DNA of 63,770 bases, counting the filler. It is 5 parts of 5 records of this genome, joined end to end, with 100 filler letters (N's around TTAATTAATTAA, not from the genome) between each part and the next. Parts side by side here need not be neighbours in the genome. Positions count along the whole stretch, not along the records: positions 33,706 to 48,704 come from SRR20825019_1718; positions 48,805 to 55,347 come from SRR20825019_1723; 3 more parts are not named here. The stretch is one strand, 5' to 3'. A program made the translations under genes and the position numbers. A model generated the notes under the pieces. That model did not search any database, was not told where the DNA came from, and was given only the letters and a program-made list of their open reading frames with translations. Shown here piece after piece: positions 44,548 to 53,162 of this stretch. Position 1 is the stretch's first letter, and each line of letters starts with the position of its first letter.

Positions 44548-44963
44548 GATTTTTTGTCCCCTATATTGATCTTAAGTCTTTTTTGGACCCATGCCAGGGC
44601 GTTATCAAACTCAATAAAGAATTCCATGGGCTTTTTATAGAACATTTTTTCAATATTGAAATTATGCATGTCTATCTCCTTTTTGGAAACTATGGCAAAG
44701 GCCTTTAGGTTATCAAGACCTCTAAGGTAGTTGTAAACGGTGGGGTCGATTGCGTAGGAGTTTTTTCTTAAGCTGATATAGCCAAAATCTCGGTCTCTAA
44801 AGTGAATCTCTGATATTCCGATGATTTGATATGTTCTTTCCAATGTAATTGTGGCGCCCTCGTTGAAGGAAGCAACCATGTAATTTTGATAAACCTGTAC
44901 GGTCCCTACCTCCAGCTGGTACTCGCGTACCACTACGGTCTTCTTTTTAGAAGTTATTTTCAT
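44544..44963 (-). CDS. STAS/SEC14 (SpoIIAA-like) domain protein
   Basis: FGYISLRKNSYAIDPTVY...LKAFAIV...IEKMF...FDNALAWV pattern typical of Flavobacteriaceae SpoIIAA-like proteins. Confidence 0.65.
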   Translation of the reverse strand: MKITSKKKTVVVREYQLEVGTVQVYQNYMVASFNEGATITLERTYQIIGISEIHFRDRDFGYISLRKNSYAIDPTVYNYLRGLDNLKAFAIVSKKEIDMHNFNIEKMFYKKPMEFFIEFDNALAWVQKRLKINIGDKKS

Positions 44964-45158
44964 CCCCAAATGTAATTATAGTGTCTCGTCTACGAAATTA
45001 GAGGGGAGGGGAGGCTGATGGAAAAATAATAGATTAAACGCTAAAATATCTTATGTATGGTACATCCTGGTCATAAAACATGGTTTAGCACAATCTTTGA
45101 CTGTTTTAAAACACTATTTTAAAAACCTTTTTTCTAGCACAATATTTTAAGATTTGGC

Positions 45159-45599
45159 TTAAAGGTCTTCTGGTGGATTTGTGATTAAAAACTTTGTCCT
45201 GTCCCAGAATAATTTTGCAGTAAGATGCTTTGGTACGGTAAAATCAGCTAAAAGCAATAAGTTTCTCTTGAACTGTTCAAACTCACTTTTGTTCGTTGTG
45301 TTGGCATCAATAGGGTAGTAAGCCATCCCCCAATTAGGGAAGCTTCTTTCCACATTGTCATCTTCGGAAAACATATGTACGTTCTTGTGGCGCTCATCCA
45401 ACTTTATCTTTTCGTATAATTCAAGAACTTTTGTCTTTTCCCCTTCGAGAACTTGGATAAATCCACCCATGTAGTAAATAAGGCAACCTGTTATATTGTC
45501 GCGTTTGTTGTTGTTGCGGGATTGTTCTAATAGAAGGCCCATCTCATGGCTGTCCATTGGTTTTACGATTTCCGATTCGTAGGTTAGTGTATAGGTCAT
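45159..45599 (-). CDS. Stand-alone BLUF blue-light sensor (FAD)
   Basis: Conserved BLUF residues: YxS, SRNNN, ITGCL, FIQVLEG, DERH, FPNWGM. Confidence 0.92.
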   Translation of the reverse strand: MTYTLTYESEIVKPMDSHEMGLLLEQSRNNNKRDNITGCLIYYMGGFIQVLEGEKTKVLELYEKIKLDERHKNVHMFSEDDNVERSFPNWGMAYYPIDANTTNKSEFEQFKRNLLLLADFTVPKHLTAKLFWDRTKFLITNPPEDL

Positions 45600-45755
45600 T
45601 GGTTAGTTGCGAATAAATTCCAAACATAATTTTTTACTCGGCAATGGGCAAGCGGTTTGACCGAATTATGATTTTTTTGACATGGATACGGATTGTGGTG
45701 GGTTTATAAGTGTTATATGGTTGGTTATAGTGTATGGATGGGGTAGATTGAACAT

Positions 45756-45779
45756 AAAAAAGCCGGCTATTGCCGGCTT
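45756..45779 (-). terminator. Intrinsic terminator of clpC
   Basis: AAGCCGGC-tatt-GCCGGCTT hairpin plus U tract on the minus strand. Confidence 0.85.
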
Positions 45780-45800
45780 ATCCTTAATTTATCACAATTA

Positions 45801-48359
45801 TTATTTTTCAGCTTCTGGAGATTTTTCAGCTTTTTTAATTTTGATGGTAAGCTCCTCTTTGCTCTCATCCAAGTCCATAAAAATACTGTCACCTTCCTCC
45901 AGTTTGGAATTCACGATTTCCTCTGCCAATGAATCCTCGATATACTTTTGGATTGCTCTCTTTAGGGGCCTTGCTCCATATTGCTTGTCAAAACCTTTGT
46001 CGGCAATATAGTCCTTGGCCTTGTCGGATAGATTTAAATCGTAACCGATTTCCTTGATTCTTTTGTAGAGCTTGTTCAGTTCTATATCAATGATTTTGTG
46101 GATATCCTCTCTTTCCAAGGCATTGAAAACGACTACATCGTCTATCCTGTTCAAGAATTCCGGTGCAAATGCTTTTTTCAAGGCATTTTCGATGACACTT
46201 TTCTGGTGGTCGTCGGCCTGTGCCTTTTTTGCTGCGGTACCAAATCCTACGCCCTGTCCAAAATCCTTCAATTGTCTTGCACCAATATTGGAAGTCATAA
46301 TGATTATAGAATTCCTAAAGTCGATTTTACGCCCAAGGCTATCAGTAAGGAAGCCATCATCCAATACTTGAAGCAACATATTGAATACATCGGGATGAGC
46401 TTTCTCCACTTCGTCCAATAAAATCACAGAGTAAGGCTTGCGGCGTACTTTTTCAGTCAGCTGTCCGCCTTCTTCGTAACCTACATATCCGGGAGGTGCT
46501 CCTACCAATCTTGAAATGGCGAATTTCTCCATGTATTCGCTCATATCTATTCGGATCAAGGCATCTTCGGAATCAAATAGCTCTTTGGCCAAAATTTTTG
46601 CCAATTGGGTTTTTCCAACTCCAGTTTGGCCCAAGAAAATGAATGAGCCAATGGGTTTGTTCGGGTCCTTAAGTCCGGCACGGTTACGCTGGATTGCCCT
46701 TGCTACCTTGGATACGGCTTCATCCTGACCGATTACAAATCCTTTGATAAGATTGGGCAGTTCGGCCAATTTGTTGCTTTCGGTCTGTGCTATTCTGTTA
46801 ACAGGGATGCCACTCATCATGGAAACCACATCGGCAACATTGTCCTCTGATACGGTTTCTCTATGAAGTTTACTTTCTTCTTCCCAGCGTTCTTGAGCGG
46901 TTGCCAAATCTTTTTCCAAACGTTTTTCATCGTCTCTTAGCTTGGCGGCCTCTTCGTATTTCTGTTTTTTGACAACGCTGTTTTTGAGTTCTCGAACATC
47001 TTCGAGCTGGCTTTCCAGTTCCAAGATCTGTTTGGGAACATCCATGTTGACGATGTGTACTCTTGACCCAGCTTCATCCAAGGCGTCAATGGCCTTGTCG
47101 GGAAGAAAACGATCCGTCATGTAACGGTTGGTCAATTTTACACAGGCCAAAATAGCCTCGTCCGTATAATTAACATTGTGGTGCTCTTCGTACTTGCCCT
47201 TAATGTTCATCAATATTTCGATGGTCTCTTCCACGGTAGTGGGTTCTACCATTACCTTTTGGAAGCGACGCTCCAAGGCACCGTCTTTTTCTATGTATTG
47301 CCTGTACTCATCCAGCGTTGTGGCTCCGATACATTGAATTTCACCTCTTGCCAAGGCGGGTTTGAACATATTGGAGGCGTCCAGGCTTCCAGTTGCTCCG
47401 CCTGCGCCGACAATAGTGTGTATCTCATCAATGAACAAGATGATATCATCGTTTTTTTCCAGCTCGTTCATCACAGCTTTCATGCGCTCCTCGAACTGTC
47501 CACGGTATTTGGTACCTGCCACCAAAGAGGCAAGGTCCAAGGTCACTACACGCTTGTTGTAAAGTATGCGCGAAACCTTTTTGTTGATGATTCGCAGTGC
47601 CAGACCTTCGGCAATGGCACTCTTACCAACCCCAGGTTCGCCAATAAGCAGCGGATTGTTCTTTTTACGTCTGCTCAATATTTGGGAAACACGTTCAATT
47701 TCCTTTTCCCTTCCCACAACGGGGTCCAATTTGTTCTCTTCGGCCAAACGGGTAAGGTCGCGTCCAAAATTGTCTAGAACAGGGGTCTTGGATTTTTTAT
47801 TTCCTTTTTGTGCAGCGCCTCCGGAACCGAAAGAGCCTTCTTTGCTATCTCCCATATCATCTGTGTCCCCGGGAAAAGATTCCGCTTGTGGGGTATCTAT
47901 GTAGTCATCGTCACTGGTGATCATGGATTTGAACTGTTCCTTGACATTGTCGTAGTCCACTTTCAGTTTGTGCAACAACTTGGTTGTTGGATCATTCTCG
48001 TTTCTTAGGATGCAGAGCAACAGGTGAGCGGTGTTTATAGAAGAACTCTGGAATAGCTTTGCTTCCAAAAAAGTTGTCTTCAATGCTCTTTCCGCTTGGC
48101 GGGTCAAATGAAGATTTTTCTTGTCCTTCTGCATCGTTCCTGTATTTGGATTCGCGGGGCTAAGAATTTCCACCTTTCTGCGCAGGTGGTCCAAATCCAC
48201 ATCGAGTGCATCCAATATATTTATGGCTTTGCCATTTCCGTCTCTTAAAAGACCTAGCATAAGGTGTTCCGTGCCAATAAAATCATGGCCCAGTCTAAGG
48301 GCTTCTTCCTTGCTGTATGCTATAACGTCCTTTACGCGGGGGGAAAAATTGTCGTCCAT
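45801..48359 (-). CDS. clpC: ATP-dependent Clp protease ATP-binding subunit ClpC
   Basis: Clp N repeats, GEPGVGKS, FIDEIH, UVR middle domain (KYEEAAKLRD), GQTGVGKT, GAPPGYVGYEEGG, VGF ClpP-binding loop. Confidence 0.96.
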   Translation of the reverse strand: MDDNFSPRVKDVIAYSKEEALRLGHDFIGTEHLMLGLLRDGNGKAINILDALDVDLDHLRRKVEILSPANPNTGTMQKDKKNLHLTRQAERALKTTFLEAKLFQSSSINTAHLLLCILRNENDPTTKLLHKLKVDYDNVKEQFKSMITSDDDYIDTPQAESFPGDTDDMGDSKEGSFGSGGAAQKGNKKSKTPVLDNFGRDLTRLAEENKLDPVVGREKEIERVSQILSRRKKNNPLLIGEPGVGKSAIAEGLALRIINKKVSRILYNKRVVTLDLASLVAGTKYRGQFEERMKAVMNELEKNDDIILFIDEIHTIVGAGGATGSLDASNMFKPALARGEIQCIGATTLDEYRQYIEKDGALERRFQKVMVEPTTVEETIEILMNIKGKYEEHHNVNYTDEAILACVKLTNRYMTDRFLPDKAIDALDEAGSRVHIVNMDVPKQILELESQLEDVRELKNSVVKKQKYEEAAKLRDDEKRLEKDLATAQERWEEESKLHRETVSEDNVADVVSMMSGIPVNRIAQTESNKLAELPNLIKGFVIGQDEAVSKVARAIQRNRAGLKDPNKPIGSFIFLGQTGVGKTQLAKILAKELFDSEDALIRIDMSEYMEKFAISRLVGAPPGYVGYEEGGQLTEKVRRKPYSVILLDEVEKAHPDVFNMLLQVLDDGFLTDSLGRKIDFRNSIIIMTSNIGARQLKDFGQGVGFGTAAKKAQADDHQKSVIENALKKAFAPEFLNRIDDVVVFNALEREDIHKIIDIELNKLYKRIKEIGYDLNLSDKAKDYIADKGFDKQYGARPLKRAIQKYIEDSLAEEIVNSKLEEGDSIFMDLDESKEELTIKIKKAEKSPEAEK

Positions 48360-48620
48360 ACGTTTCTTTTTCAGCAATTAAAATTAATAAAAGTATTGTT
48401 ATGGTGGTCAAATACCGTACCCTAATTCGATAAAGTAGTGGTAAATGTCGGAATAATTCATGTTTTCTGGGTATTTAACAAAGCTTTATTATCGCATTGT
48501 TGATAATACCTGTAATGTTGATAAAATTTTTAATAAAGTATTCGCAAAGGGTTATAAAGGCTGCTATTTTCTGTATATTGCCATGATAATTTAACCACAA
48601 AAAATCTATAATAAATAAGC

Positions 48621-48704
48621 ATGGCGGAAGGAGAAAAGTTAATTCCCATTAATATTGAGGATGAGATGAAATCTGCCTACATTGATTATTCAATGTCGGT
48701 CATT
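48621..48704 (+). CDS. gyrA: DNA gyrase subunit A, N-terminal fragment
   Basis: MAEGEKLIPINIEDEMKSAYIDYSMSVI, truncated by the gap. Confidence 0.9.
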
Positions 48705-48804
48705 NNNNNNNNNNNNNNNNNNNNNNNNNNNNNNNNNNNNNNNNNNNNTTAATTAATTAANNNNNNNNNNNNNNNNNNNNNNNNNNNNNNNNNNNNNNNN
48801 NNNN
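48705..48804. other. Artificial contig linker 3
   Basis: 44 N + TTAATTAATTAA + 44 N. Confidence 0.98.
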
Positions 48805-48805
48805 T

Positions 48806-49021
48806 ATGGACAATACACTTGTAATTTGGGCACTGGTAATTGCCTTCTTGGTTCTAGCTTTCGTGGGCGTGTATATATATCGATTACGATTAGTGGCAGA
48901 TGAGTATGAAGAGCTAAAAAGACTCTCCAGCCATAATTTAAAAGATAAGATATCCCGTTTTTTAGATAAGATGGACAGCAAGCAATTAGACATCTTGAAT
49001 AAGGCCTTAAATAAGAAATAA
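48806..49021 (+). CDS. Small single-TM protein upstream of the oxidase subunit I
   Basis: 71 aa, N-terminal hydrophobic helix then basic tail, 14 nt before the next start. Confidence 0.65.
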   Translation: MDNTLVIWALVIAFLVLAFVGVYIYRLRLVADEYEELKRLSSHNLKDKISRFLDKMDSKQLDILNKALNKK

Positions 49022-49035
49022 TAAGAACTACTAAC

Positions 49036-50874
49036 GTGAGGAAATCAATATTTTATAGCATTCTCTTTTTAATGATACCCTCAATGGTATTGGCTCAAGA
49101 GCAGACCCCTGATGAAGTATCATTATGGAGTTCGCCAGGAGTATTGATAACCATAGTACTTATAGCTATTCCTATGATTTTAGGAATTATCATTCTTACG
49201 ATGAAATCGTATAGGATTGCAAAGCAAATTAGAAATAAGGAAACTCTCAAACAGGCCAAAATTTTAGCAGAAGAAATTGTTAGAAACAAGGCCAGCTTAA
49301 ATCCGGAACAAATAGCAGAGAAAAAACGACGACTGGAATATAAATTGTCAAATGCGGAACTTTCTGGAAAGCAACCCGCAAAGGATGTTCGCGGTTTAAT
49401 ACAGAACCCTACCAATGAATTGATTAATTCATTCTTTGCCAGAAAGAGCCAACCACCCAAGCGTCCTAAAATAGATAAAAACCTGACAAAGCTGGTGCTT
49501 TGGTTTTTGGGTTCTGCCATATTCTGGTTGTTGTTGGGAACGAGTGTTGGTGAATATTTAGGCATTAAATTTCTTGTACCTGATGCGGATTCAGTAAGTT
49601 GGTTAAGTTTTGGGCGTTTGCGTCCTGTACATACAAATCTGGTCTTTTGGGGATGGTCTTCCCTTGCAATGTTAGGGTTGGGATATTATACAGTACCACG
49701 AGTGGGTAACACGAGTATCGCCAGTTTAAAATTAGGATGGTATTCGCTCTATTTTATAAACGCATCCCATATCATTGGTACAATTTCGTTGATGGCAGGA
49801 ATAAACAATGGTGGTGGCGAATATCGCGAATATATCTGGCCGGTAATGTTGTTGTTTGTTATTGGTTTAATGTTGAGTCTTTTCAATTATTACAAGACTG
49901 TAGCCATTAGGAAAACCAAAGAAATTTACATATCAAACTGGTATATAATAGCAGCTGTTATCTTCATTAACATCATTGCTGTAGTATCGTATCTTCCTTT
50001 TTGGCAAGATGGACTTGGAGAAACCATTATACAAGGGTATTATATGCACCAGGCCGTAGGGCTTTGGTTTATGATGTTTGTATTGGGGCTGTTATATTAT
50101 TTTCTTCCCCAGCAATTAAATAAACCCATTTATTCGTATAGTTTGGGCATATTGGCATTTTGGACGCAAATTTTGTTCTATACCCTAATTGGCACGCACC
50201 ATTTCGTATTTAGTTCCCTGCCTTGGTGGTTGCAAACCGTTGCAATTGTGGGTAGTGTGGGTATGTTGATACCCGTTGCGGCAGGAACAATAAACTTTTT
50301 GATGACTTTCAAAGGTTCTTGGAACAAGGTGGCCAGTAGTTACTCTCTACCTTTTTTCCTTGTTGGGGTTATTTATTATTTCACAGGCTCGCTTCAAGGG
50401 ACTGCGGAAGCGTTTAGGTTTACCAATCTATTATGGCATTTTACTGATTTTACCATAGCACATTCCCACATCACAATGTATGGGATTATAACATTTACCC
50501 TGTTTGCAGGCGTCTATGCTATTGTACCAAGATTGACAGGCAAGGAACCGACCCAACTATGGGTAGGAGCACACTTCTGGATGGCCTTGGTAGGGCTTCA
50601 ATTTTATACAATACCTCTTATGATAGGTGGGACGCTCAAAGGACTTTCTTGGGGAGATGGAGAACCTTTTATAAACTCTGTAGTATTGATGGAGCCTTAT
50701 TGGCTATGGCGTGCCATAGGCGGGACATTGATGTGGTTATCCCATATTGTATTTGCCTATAATTTCTATAAAATGGTACGAGTGGAAAAAGAAGTTGATA
50801 TCCATGAAGTGACATTGCAGTTATTGCAAAACGACAATAAGGAAAGTGAAATTGAAGAAGACCTAAAGACATAG
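49036..50874 (+). CDS. ccoN: Divergent cbb3-type (C-family) heme-copper oxidase subunit I, CcoN-like
   Basis: SFGRLRPVHTN, GEYREY, YYMHQAVG, FYTLIGTHH, HFTDFTIAHSH (six His ligands plus the helix-VII Tyr); ~145-aa N-terminal extension. Confidence 0.85.
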   Translation: MRKSIFYSILFLMIPSMVLAQEQTPDEVSLWSSPGVLITIVLIAIPMILGIIILTMKSYRIAKQIRNKETLKQAKILAEEIVRNKASLNPEQIAEKKRRLEYKLSNAELSGKQPAKDVRGLIQNPTNELINSFFARKSQPPKRPKIDKNLTKLVLWFLGSAIFWLLLGTSVGEYLGIKFLVPDADSVSWLSFGRLRPVHTNLVFWGWSSLAMLGLGYYTVPRVGNTSIASLKLGWYSLYFINASHIIGTISLMAGINNGGGEYREYIWPVMLLFVIGLMLSLFNYYKTVAIRKTKEIYISNWYIIAAVIFINIIAVVSYLPFWQDGLGETIIQGYYMHQAVGLWFMMFVLGLLYYFLPQQLNKPIYSYSLGILAFWTQILFYTLIGTHHFVFSSLPWWLQTVAIVGSVGMLIPVAAGTINFLMTFKGSWNKVASSYSLPFFLVGVIYYFTGSLQGTAEAFRFTNLLWHFTDFTIAHSHITMYGIITFTLFAGVYAIVPRLTGKEPTQLWVGAHFWMALVGLQFYTIPLMIGGTLKGLSWGDGEPFINSVVLMEPYWLWRAIGGTLMWLSHIVFAYNFYKMVRVEKEVDIHEVTLQLLQNDNKESEIEEDLKT

Positions 50875-50876
50875 CT

Positions 50877-51896
50877 ATGGATATATTCAGCAATCATAAA
50901 AGACTCTTTCTATTAGTGATACTGTTATTCGGTACGCTTACTGTTTTCGTGGCTATTTTCCCTGCTTTAAACAACCAATACAGCTACGAACCCTTACCCG
51001 ATTCTATACCCTTGACCGAAATAGAACAGCGTGGTAAAATGGTATATATTGGCAATGGCTGTGTTGCCTGCCACACGCAACAGGTGCGTAATGTGGAAAT
51101 AGATAAGGTTTGGGGAAGCCGCCCCAACGTCGCAGCGGATTATGCAGGTATAGAACGGACTAATTTCTGGGTAAATACGGCCACCTTAATGGGCACAGAA
51201 AGAACAGGTCCCGACTTGACCAATATAGGAAAAAGACAACCAAGCGAAGATTGGCATTTAACACACCTTTACCAGCCAAGAGCAGTAGTAGAAAATTCAG
51301 TTATGGCACCTTACCCTTGGTTATTTGAACTTAAGGATTCTATCAAGATTACGGAAAAGGACAAAATAGTCAATCTACCAGCTAGATACATCAAGGACAA
51401 AAGCAAAAAGGTAGTCGCCACCGAAGATGCCATTGCACTGGTCGCCTATTTAAAATCACTGCAACAGGTTAAACTTCCAGATGGAACGCCTAGCCCAGAA
51501 TTTTTATACAAAAGGGAACAGAAAAAACATGGAGCTAACGAATCTGGAGGTTCTTCCGCTTTAGACGGAGCAGAATTATATACCAATTATTGCGCCAGTT
51601 GCCACCAAACCGATGGCAAAGGGGTTAGCGGTGCGTTCCCACCATTGGACGGAAGTGCCATCGTGCAGGGCATAGACCCAACCTCTATGGTCAATATCAT
51701 AATGTATGGCTATAATGCAAGGGAAGAATACGGCGAAATGCCCGCAATCGGCCAAATTAATGACCTATCGCTAGAAGAATTGGTTGCATTGATGAACCAC
51801 GAACGTACCAGTTGGAGCAATGACGCACCTGAAGTAAGCCTAGAAGAAATCAATAAAATTCTGGAAGAACTTAAAAAGCAGAACGAAAATCAATGA
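50877..51896 (+). CDS. ccoO: CcoO-like subunit II fused to a second c-type cytochrome
   Basis: GCVACHTQQVR, GTERTGPDL, WHLTHLYQPR...SVMAPYPWLF; C-terminal YCASCHQTDGKGVSGAFPPL...EMPA. Confidence 0.85.
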   Translation: MDIFSNHKRLFLLVILLFGTLTVFVAIFPALNNQYSYEPLPDSIPLTEIEQRGKMVYIGNGCVACHTQQVRNVEIDKVWGSRPNVAADYAGIERTNFWVNTATLMGTERTGPDLTNIGKRQPSEDWHLTHLYQPRAVVENSVMAPYPWLFELKDSIKITEKDKIVNLPARYIKDKSKKVVATEDAIALVAYLKSLQQVKLPDGTPSPEFLYKREQKKHGANESGGSSALDGAELYTNYCASCHQTDGKGVSGAFPPLDGSAIVQGIDPTSMVNIIMYGYNAREEYGEMPAIGQINDLSLEELVALMNHERTSWSNDAPEVSLEEINKILEELKKQNENQ

Positions 51897-52159
51897 TTAT
51901 GAAAAAAGGACATTTTTTAATTGTGACATTGTTATTGCCTTTAGCCGCTATGGCCTGCCCAGAATGTGAACGCAGTCAACCTGGAATATTGAAAGGTATT
52001 GGACACGGTGCAGGACCACAACAGCAATGGGATTACGTCATTGTAATTCTAACATCCATTATAGTCCTTATATCTCTTTATTATTCCATAAAATGGATTA
52101 TAAAACCAGGAGAAACAAAACCATCGCACATCAAGCGTAAAATATTGAATTTTGACTAA
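51893..52159 (+). CDS. Small membrane protein with CxxC motif
   Basis: Signal-like N-terminus, ACPECE, GIGHGAGP, TM helix, KPGETKPSHIK; overlaps both neighbours. Confidence 0.75.
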   Translation: MIMKKGHFLIVTLLLPLAAMACPECERSQPGILKGIGHGAGPQQQWDYVIVILTSIIVLISLYYSIKWIIKPGETKPSHIKRKILNFD

Positions 52160-52163
52160 GACA

Positions 52164-52562
52164 ATGGAAAGCAATAAGGTCATAATATTTTTGGATGAAG
52201 AGCCAATACCTATTGGAGAATATGAGGTGCCTATAAATTTTGAACTCGACACAACCAAAATGGTGGATGGCGAGCATACTTTAAAAATTATCAGTAAAGA
52301 CCCTTATGGCAAAGAGGGTATTAAGAAAGTAGATTTTATAGTGCGTAATGGCCCAGCTATCGATATTGACGGTATAAAACAAAATGCAATTGTAGATGGT
52401 AAAGTGCCCGTTATGATTAACGCTTATGGAAAAGGAGGAAAAAAACACTTTCTTATTGAGGGAAGCGAAACTCCACAAAGCATACCCTCTTGGCTGTGGG
52501 CAGGGATAATCATATTTGCTGCTTGGGCAATTTACTACTTGATAACCTCATTAACTTTATAA
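52164..52562 (+). CDS. Ig-like domain protein with C-terminal TM anchor
   Basis: FELDTTKMVDGEHTLKI beta-sandwich motif, VRNGPAI, GSETP, C-terminal hydrophobic helix. Confidence 0.75.
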   Translation: MESNKVIIFLDEEPIPIGEYEVPINFELDTTKMVDGEHTLKIISKDPYGKEGIKKVDFIVRNGPAIDIDGIKQNAIVDGKVPVMINAYGKGGKKHFLIEGSETPQSIPSWLWAGIIIFAAWAIYYLITSLTL

Positions 52563-52570
52563 ACTACACT

Positions 52571-52719
52571 ATGATTGACAAAGAAGTTTATCATAAAATT
52601 GAGAAAGAGGTACATAATAATGATAGCCCTTTAGGTATCGACCCAACAAAACACATATCACCATCATAAAGAAGTTTATACTAATAGAAGAACGATTAAT
52701 AAATCTAGAAAATAAATAA
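52571..52719 (+). pseudogene. Frameshifted ~49-aa small gene
   Basis: MIDKEVYHKIEKEVHNNDSPLGIDPTK then an early stop; adding one A in ACAAAACAC gives THITIIKKFILIEERLINLENK* ending 1 nt before the next ATG. Confidence 0.55.
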
Positions 52720-52720
52720 A

Positions 52721-52993
52721 ATGAAAACAACACTTAAATTACAAAACATTAAATGTGGCGGCTGTACAAATGGCATTGCTGTTCGGCTACTGAAGTTATC
52801 AGGTATAAATAACGTGCAGGTAAGCGATGAGACTTCAGAGGTCAGTTTTAGCTATGAAACCGTAAATGACCTTGCCATAGCAGAACGAATGCTTACACAA
52901 ATGGGCTATCCACCAGAAGGTGTTGATAATACAGTCGTAAATAAGGCAAAATCTCTTATAAGCTGTGCGACAGGAAAATTGAACATTGCTTAA
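52721..52993 (+). CDS. Heavy-metal-associated (HMA/CopZ-like) domain protein
   Basis: QNIKCGGC metal motif, GYP loop, extra C-terminal SCATGK. Confidence 0.88.
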   Translation: MKTTLKLQNIKCGGCTNGIAVRLLKLSGINNVQVSDETSEVSFSYETVNDLAIAERMLTQMGYPPEGVDNTVVNKAKSLISCATGKLNIA

Positions 52994-53037
52994 ATTAGTA
53001 CACTTGATGCGAGCCAGCCAATAGTTGGTTAGGTTAA

Positions 53038-53083
53038 GGGGCAGACTATTAAGGTCTGCCCTTTTTCTTTTTTTCTTTTTTTT
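53038..53083 (+). terminator. Intrinsic terminator ending the oxidase-HMA operon
   Basis: GGGCAGAC...GTCTGCCC hairpin followed by a long U tract. Confidence 0.85.
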
Positions 53084-53098
53084 CGAAATGTTGACTTC

Positions 53099-53114
53099 TG
53101 TAACAGGGGTTACC
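53099..53114 (+). promoter_or_regulatory. Palindromic operator TGTAAC-aggg-GTTACC upstream of the DUF2490 gene
   Basis: 21 nt upstream of -7 box TATTTTTG (53136-53143); near-identical site before sqr. Confidence 0.7.
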
Positions 53115-53162
53115 TTTTTCTCTCGTTGCATACTATATTTTTGGCTAAACAAACATTTATAG

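Noticed and set aside
49036-50874. Classical cNOR/qNOR nitric oxide reductase
   Set aside because: Lacks the HLWVEG motif and NOR glutamates; retains cbb3-type GRLRPxHTN, the helix-VII Tyr and a CcoO-type partner
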